A stretch of 64,000 bases of DNA from an uncultured Dialister sp. (GTDB lineage: Bacteria > Bacillota > Negativicutes > Veillonellales > Dialisteraceae). The notes beneath the pieces are model-generated. The model saw only the letters and a list, made by a program, of their open reading frames with translations, ran no database searches and was not told the origin of the DNA. The stretch is taken from positions 9,982-73,981 of the forward strand of contig CABQAR010000003.1 of the NCBI GenBank assembly GCA_902462205.1, given 5' to 3'. A program made the position numbers and the translations under genes. Shown here in pieces: positions 58,524-64,000 of the stretch; positions within the stretch are counted from its first letter, which is position 1, and every line of letters starts with the position of its first letter.

Positions 58524-59237
58524 ATGGTACATGTTTTACTTACGGCAGCAGGGATAGGAACAAGAATGGGGCAGGATATACCCAAGCAATTTATGTTTGT
58601 AGAGGATAAGCCAATAATAATTCATACAATGGAAGCCTTTCAAGTACATCCTTTAGTATCAACTATTACAGTAGTAACCTTACAATCTTGGGTGGATGTT
58701 TTATGGGCATATGCGAAGCAATATAAAATTACAAAACTAAAATGGGTGGTTATAGGTGGTGAAACGGGGCAAGAGTCAATAAATCGTGGGGTTTTGAAAT
58801 TAAAAGAAGAGTTGCCTAATGATTCAGTGGTTATGATTCATGATGGAAATCGTTGCTTTGTGTCAAGCGAAATAATTTCGAACAGTATAGCTGTTTTTAA
58901 AGAACACGGAAGTGCCGTTGCGGCAATACCATGCGTAGAAGCAGTCTTTAAGAGTAATGATATGGGCAAGTCTTCTGATTTGGAAATACCAAGAGAGCAA
59001 TTATTTAGAACACAAACGCCGCATACATATACTCTCAAGAAACTATTATGGGCATATGAAAGAGCTAAGGCTCTGAATATGACGAATATGGCAGCAACAT
59101 GTGTTCTTATGCAGCGATTAGGAGAGAAAATCTATTTTTCACGAGGATCAGAGCAGAATTTAAAGATAACAACGGTAGATGATTTACTTATATTTAAAGC
59201 TCTTTTGCGTACACAGAAAGATAAATGGATTAAATAA
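58524..59237 (+). CDS. IspD/TarI family cytidylyltransferase
   Basis: 'AAGIGTRMG..PKQF', 'IHDGNR', 'TQTPH', 'NLKITT'. Confidence 0.9.
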   Translation: MVHVLLTAAGIGTRMGQDIPKQFMFVEDKPIIIHTMEAFQVHPLVSTITVVTLQSWVDVLWAYAKQYKITKLKWVVIGGETGQESINRGVLKLKEELPNDSVVMIHDGNRCFVSSEIISNSIAVFKEHGSAVAAIPCVEAVFKSNDMGKSSDLEIPREQLFRTQTPHTYTLKKLLWAYERAKALNMTNMAATCVLMQRLGEKIYFSRGSEQNLKITTVDDLLIFKALLRTQKDKWIK

Positions 59238-60278
59238 ATGATATATAGTAAAGAATATTGGAATGATGTGTCTTTAGTAATACGGAATATCCCTAATAAA
59301 GATTGCTTGAGGGGTAAGACAGTCTTTATGACTGGCGGAACAGGTTTAATTGGCTCAACCGTAGTAGATATCTTATGCTATTTAAATAAAGAAATGGATA
59401 TGAATATTAACGTATGCCTTGGGGTTAGGGATGAATCTAAGGCACGTGCTCGGTTTAATGTCAAGAATGATCATGATAATATAAAATTTATTTTTTTTGA
59501 TGCGACAAAAGAAAATGTAATTAATGTAGAGGCTGATTACATTATTTACGCGGCTGGTGGTGCTAATCCTACCGCTTATTCATTAAGGCCGGTGGAAACG
59601 ATACTGTCTAATTTGGTTGGATTAAACAGTATATTATATCAGTATTCCCATAAATCTATAGGACGGTTACTTTATATTTCGTCAAGTGAGGTTTACGGAA
59701 AAAAGAATAATAGAAGGCCGTATGAAGAAAATGAATATGGATATGTAGATATATTGAATTCACGTTCCTGTTATCCACTTGCTAAACGTTTGGCCGAAAA
59801 TCTATGTATTTCTTATTATAAAGAATATGGCGTTAACATTGTTATTGCAAGGCCTGGACATATTTATGGTCCTAATATTATGGATGGTGATGACAGAGCT
59901 TCGGCACAGTTTTCTAGAAATGCGATTGCTAAAAGTTCAATTATACTAAAAAGTAATGGTGAACAAATAAGATCATATTGTTATTCATTAGATTGTGCCT
60001 CGGCAATTTTAGCGATACTTATTAATGGAAATGTATGTGAGGCATATAATATATCAAATCCTGATTCAATTATTTCCATCCGAACATTAGCGAATGAGTT
60101 TTCACAGCAGGCGGGAACAAATCTTGTTTTTGAAAATCCTACTGATAGTGAGAGATGTGGATATAATCTCATGAATAACTCGTCGTTGGATTCAGGAAAA
60201 CTGGAAAAATTAGGATGGAGGGGAATGTTTGATTTAACAACGGGAGTAGGGCGGACAATAAAGTTTTTAAAAGGGTAA
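59238..60278 (+). CDS. NAD-dependent epimerase/reductase (extended SDR)
   Basis: 'TGGTGLIG', 'SSSEVYG', 'YPLAKR' (YxxxK), 'RPGHIYGP'. Confidence 0.9.
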   Translation: MIYSKEYWNDVSLVIRNIPNKDCLRGKTVFMTGGTGLIGSTVVDILCYLNKEMDMNINVCLGVRDESKARARFNVKNDHDNIKFIFFDATKENVINVEADYIIYAAGGANPTAYSLRPVETILSNLVGLNSILYQYSHKSIGRLLYISSSEVYGKKNNRRPYEENEYGYVDILNSRSCYPLAKRLAENLCISYYKEYGVNIVIARPGHIYGPNIMDGDDRASAQFSRNAIAKSSIILKSNGEQIRSYCYSLDCASAILAILINGNVCEAYNISNPDSIISIRTLANEFSQQAGTNLVFENPTDSERCGYNLMNNSSLDSGKLEKLGWRGMFDLTTGVGRTIKFLKG

Positions 60279-60281
60279 AAT

Positions 60282-61259
60282 ATGAAATATATTACAATGT
60301 TTTTCGATGGACAAATGGAAATAAATTTATATCATGATTTAATGAATTTACAGCAAGTAAACAATTATAGATTTATGCGTCCATATGAATCTACAGTTAT
60401 GAATTTCCTTCGTCGCGTACATACAAGCATGAAAATTGCCAAGTGTTTCGATCTTCCGTATAAGCATATTTGGTATCAGTCATTATTTGATATGATTGAA
60501 AAAGACTCGTGCATTATTTTTTCAACGATGTCTCTTACTCGACTTAGTTTAAAAGAACTGAGAAAAATTCAAAATCATATAAATAAGCCTAAGATGGTAT
60601 TACTTATAATTGATTCTTTGCATGCGCATTCTCCCCATTTAGAATTCGCTATGGATAAGATTTTTCATTTTAATTGGGATTTAATATTATCTTTTGATGA
60701 ACATGATTGTTCTGAATTTGGTTTTAAATATTTGGGAATGTGCTATTACTCGGATTTATTAAGAGGAATACCGCAAGGAACTATTAATAGTGATTTATAT
60801 TATGTTGGGGCAGATAAGGGAAATCGTGGAAAACTTGTGAGGGAAATATATGATAAGGCAAGAAAGAAACAGGTTCATTGTAATTTTTTCATTGTAACAT
60901 CTAATGATCAACAGGCTAAGTCGGGAATGAGATTTTCTCAAAAATGGATTCCATATAGTGCTGTCTTAAAAGATGTAGGTCAAACAAATTGCGTTTTAGA
61001 AGTTTTGCAAGAGGGACAGCAAACACAGTCAGTACGTTATTTTGAGGCAGTATGTTATAATAAAAAACTTTTAACTAATAATCCTAATTTATCGAAATTA
61101 CCTTTTTATGATTCAAGATTTATGAGGTATTTTAAGGAAATAGATGATATAGATTTTGATTGGATACAAAAGGTAGATAGGATTAATTATGGATACAATA
61201 ATGAATTCTCACCCAAACAAATCCTTTTGTTAATTGAAAAGTTTTTGTTTGTAAATTAA
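60282..61259 (+). CDS. Putative glycosyltransferase-like protein of the polysaccharide locus
   Basis: 'SFD..D', 'YVGADKG.R', 'RYFEAV..NKKLLTNN'; operon context. Confidence 0.55.
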   Translation: MKYITMFFDGQMEINLYHDLMNLQQVNNYRFMRPYESTVMNFLRRVHTSMKIAKCFDLPYKHIWYQSLFDMIEKDSCIIFSTMSLTRLSLKELRKIQNHINKPKMVLLIIDSLHAHSPHLEFAMDKIFHFNWDLILSFDEHDCSEFGFKYLGMCYYSDLLRGIPQGTINSDLYYVGADKGNRGKLVREIYDKARKKQVHCNFFIVTSNDQQAKSGMRFSQKWIPYSAVLKDVGQTNCVLEVLQEGQQTQSVRYFEAVCYNKKLLTNNPNLSKLPFYDSRFMRYFKEIDDIDFDWIQKVDRINYGYNNEFSPKQILLLIEKFLFVN

Positions 61260-62581
61260 TGGTAATGGTGTGGAAAATGATGATAATGTTGTTGTTAATA
61301 CTTTTTTTTATGACAATAATTGCCTACGTTTTTGGAGAGTTCGACATAATTTCTCCTGCCTTTGTGGTACCTGCGACATTTACTTTTTGTGTTGGTTTAG
61401 CAGCTATATATACAGATACCTGGAATTTACCAATGCATTTTGATACAGCAGTGATTATATTAGTTATGGTATTATTTTTTGAGATAGGGGTAATATACTC
61501 ATCCTGTGTATGCGATAGAAATAAAGATCATAACAATCAATTAGATCGATTATATACATATACATTATCTAATAGACTATTCTTACTGTTTATAAGTAGT
61601 ATGGCAGTTATTGCTTGGTTAAATTATCAAGAGTTATTTTTTATATCTCGCCAATTTACTTTAAGTACAGATTTAGGGGTTATTATCGGGGCAACAATAC
61701 ATCAATTGCAATTAGGGAATGTGGAATTTAGCAGATGGAACTCGTACAGAAGTATGTTAGCTCAAGGGATGACATATGTTAGCTTATTTGCTTTTTTAAA
61801 CAATGCGATTTGTAGGAGGAAAATCATAATAACTGATTTCAAATTTTTAGTTATTGTATTTTTGTATGCACCAATATTAATATTTACAGGAGGCAGACAA
61901 CAGGTTATTTATTTAACGATATATACTCTTGTTTTGGGAGTATTCCTATATAGGCTAAAGAACGGTTTCTTACGAAGTAATGGCTATAGATTAATAGGAG
62001 TTGGCATATTAGCTCTGTCCATTTTTATTGGCTTATTTTATATATTAGGGATACTGAGTGGAAAGATTAGAGAATCTTATACAATAACACGAGTTCTAGC
62101 ACATTATGCAGGAACAAATATATCGGCCTTGGACTATTTCATAAATCAGGGGCATATACCTGATACAGGTTTTATAGGAACCATGACCCTTACTGGAATT
62201 TATTCATGGTTAAGGGTGATTGGATTTGAATTGCCTGAAGTTAGAACATATATTAGTACCTTTGTGCAATTTGATGGAATTACGACAAATGTATATACAG
62301 CGTTACGTCGGTATATACAAGATTATGGATATGTTGGTTGTGGAATGATTATGCTTTTGCTGGGGATGTTATATCAAGCAGTATATAATTATTTAAAACA
62401 TAAATTTAATTATTTTGCCCTTATTCTATACTCATTTTACTGTTATCCTATATTTTTACTATGTAGAGAAGAGCGGTTTATGACAAATATATTATCAACA
62501 ACAACAATCTATATGCTCATTTGTGTATATATTACATATAAGGTTTTGCAGAAAAATGAATTGCCGTTAAAAGGAGTGTAA
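61259..62581 (+). CDS. wzy: O-antigen/oligosaccharide repeat polymerase
   Basis: Many TM segments, 'TGGRQ', 'TNVYT....YIQDYG'. Confidence 0.8.
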   Translation: MVMVWKMMIMLLLILFFMTIIAYVFGEFDIISPAFVVPATFTFCVGLAAIYTDTWNLPMHFDTAVIILVMVLFFEIGVIYSSCVCDRNKDHNNQLDRLYTYTLSNRLFLLFISSMAVIAWLNYQELFFISRQFTLSTDLGVIIGATIHQLQLGNVEFSRWNSYRSMLAQGMTYVSLFAFLNNAICRRKIIITDFKFLVIVFLYAPILIFTGGRQQVIYLTIYTLVLGVFLYRLKNGFLRSNGYRLIGVGILALSIFIGLFYILGILSGKIRESYTITRVLAHYAGTNISALDYFINQGHIPDTGFIGTMTLTGIYSWLRVIGFELPEVRTYISTFVQFDGITTNVYTALRRYIQDYGYVGCGMIMLLLGMLYQAVYNYLKHKFNYFALILYSFYCYPIFLLCREERFMTNILSTTTIYMLICVYITYKVLQKNELPLKGV

Positions 62582-62584
62582 AAC

Positions 62585-63241
62585 ATGAGTGGAAAAATTC
62601 AATACATAATAAAAAAATGGTATATTGTTTTACTATGTGCACTTATTGGTGCAAGTGCCTTGTATTTTGAAAAAAGTTCAGTGAAGCCGAGTATCCCTCA
62701 AAATGGAGACGTAACTTACACACGCTTGGTTAGGTTTGATCCTGTGCCGGTATTCGTAATCGGACAAGATGGCTATGAAATAGACATTAATAAGGCATTG
62801 GGGATGTGGGGAAATAGGCAGAAGTTTATTGATGTTTTAGATACGGAGTTTGTAGGAGAACAGATATCCGTAGGTTGGAATGATTTGAAAGTATCTGAAA
62901 AGTTTGATTGGATGAATCAGCATTTTCGTGCAGGGAAAATCGGGCCGGGAGTGTATGAACTGGTTCTACAAATTAAAAAGAATGAACCTAAAGATATCGA
63001 CTATCTAACAGAAAATGGAAATCGGCTGATGGATGCGTATGAAAGCTATGTAATTAATTCAGCAAAAGAAATTACTGGAAATTCTCAAATGAGCGTTATT
63101 CAGAATTACTCACTGATTGAAAATGAAGACGCAGTTCAGCCGGAAACACTCGTCAAGAAATATTCAATTATAGGATTTGTCCTTGGTGCCATGGTCGGTA
63201 TTACAGGTTTATCTATCATAGCGATCAAAAAAAGTAACTGA
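62585..63241 (+). CDS. Chain-length regulator-like membrane protein (Wzz/CpsC-like)
   Basis: N-terminal 'KKWYIVLL' TM and C-terminal 'IIGFVLGAMVG' TM flanking an extracytoplasmic domain. Confidence 0.5.
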   Translation: MSGKIQYIIKKWYIVLLCALIGASALYFEKSSVKPSIPQNGDVTYTRLVRFDPVPVFVIGQDGYEIDINKALGMWGNRQKFIDVLDTEFVGEQISVGWNDLKVSEKFDWMNQHFRAGKIGPGVYELVLQIKKNEPKDIDYLTENGNRLMDAYESYVINSAKEITGNSQMSVIQNYSLIENEDAVQPETLVKKYSIIGFVLGAMVGITGLSIIAIKKSN

Positions 63242-63281
63242 GCGTTTATACAAAAACAATAAGAGAAATGAGGATCTTATA

Positions 63282-64000
63282 TTGAAGGCCCATAATTTTT
63301 TAAAAAATTTGTCATATTCTTTCAGTGCTAATGTAGTTTCTCTTGGGGTTTCCGTTTTCATGGTTATGTTCTTGCCTAAATTCTTGTCCTTAGAGGACTA
63401 CGGATTGTGGCAGCTTTTTCTTTTTTATTTTTCATATTTAGGTTTTTTGCATTTTGGTTGGGAAGATGGTATTTATCTCAGATATGCAGGCAATGATTTT
63501 TCCGGATTGAACAGTGTCGTATTTGCGGGGCAATTTTATGGCATCGTTTTATTGCAAATTGTTTTGGTTGGGTTAGGAGTGTCTATCGGCAACTATTTTA
63601 TTGACGATATATTCAAAAAATGGGCATTTGTTTGTGCGTTATGTTTAGCACCGGTTGTTAATTTCAATAATTTGTGTAATTTTATTATGCAGATTACAAA
63701 TCGTATCAGGGACTATGCCATGCTGATTTTTGTGGAGCGATTCATGCTCCTTGCTGGGGTCAGCGTTTTTCTCTTTGTGGGAATTAATCAATTTACATAT
63801 CTTTACGGTGCTAAAGTATTTTCTGTATGGGGGGTATCCCTCTTAGGGGCATATTTGTGCAGACAACTCTTACGGCCTCGTTTTGGGGCATTTTGCGAGA
63901 TTCTGCATGAAGCATGGGAAAATATATCTGTAGGAATAAAGCTCATGTTTGCTAATGTGGCAAGTATGCTTATCATTGGCGTTATTCGTTATGGGATTTC
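63282..64000 (+). CDS. wzx: Wzx-type flippase, 3'-truncated by window edge (absent from ORF track)
   Basis: TTG start; translates MKAHNFLKNLSYSFSANVVSL...LPKFLSLEDYGLWQLFLFYFSYLGFLHFGWEDGIYLRYAG. Confidence 0.8.
   Translation, partial: MKAHNFLKNLSYSFSANVVSLGVSVFMVMFLPKFLSLEDYGLWQLFLFYFSYLGFLHFGWEDGIYLRYAGNDFSGLNSVVFAGQFYGIVLLQIVLVGLGVSIGNYFIDDIFKKWAFVCALCLAPVVNFNNLCNFIMQITNRIRDYAMLIFVERFMLLAGVSVFLFVGINQFTYLYGAKVFSVWGVSLLGAYLCRQLLRPRFGAFCEILHEAWENISVGIKLMFANVASMLIIGVIRYGI

Overview
Chromosomal segment from a diderm Firmicute (Negativicutes, probably Dialister-like). This is inferred from lpxC-fabZ-lpxA and TonB-dependent receptors occurring together with Firmicute-type signals (CIRCE, sigma-A promoters, ComG-like pilins). 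Left to right: the end of a YbhSR-type ABC-2 efflux operon with a TetR regulator; secreted hypothetical proteins; a rubredoxin/FMN glutamate-synthase-family gene broken by an internal deletion; MarR-MATE; a 4-oxalocrotonate tautomerase with a basic tail; a ~1.7 kb non-coding array of nested palindromic repeats; a flavoprotein-purB-purA operon; NagZ; an alkaline phosphatase with a ZrgBCD-like ABC module; fructokinase; lipid A genes; larE-larB-larC; a Zn/Mn ABC importer; CIRCE-controlled hsp20; BirA-controlled bioB; an AT-richer TonB receptor / methyltransferase / Opp-Nik ABC / TonB receptor block; a type IV pilin cluster ending in a degenerate aroK-like gene; pfkA; and an AT-rich Wzx/Wzy polysaccharide locus running off the right end. 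The top candidate for an undescribed mechanism is a 43-nt leader upstream of the purB-purA operon. It starts GGGA and ends in a C-rich intrinsic terminator, the architecture of the Bacillus pyrG reiterative-transcription attenuator, but it would sense ATP instead of CTP (inference, untested). No tRNA, rRNA, CRISPR array, transposase or integrase was recognised. All family assignments come from motif recognition by eye, not database searches.
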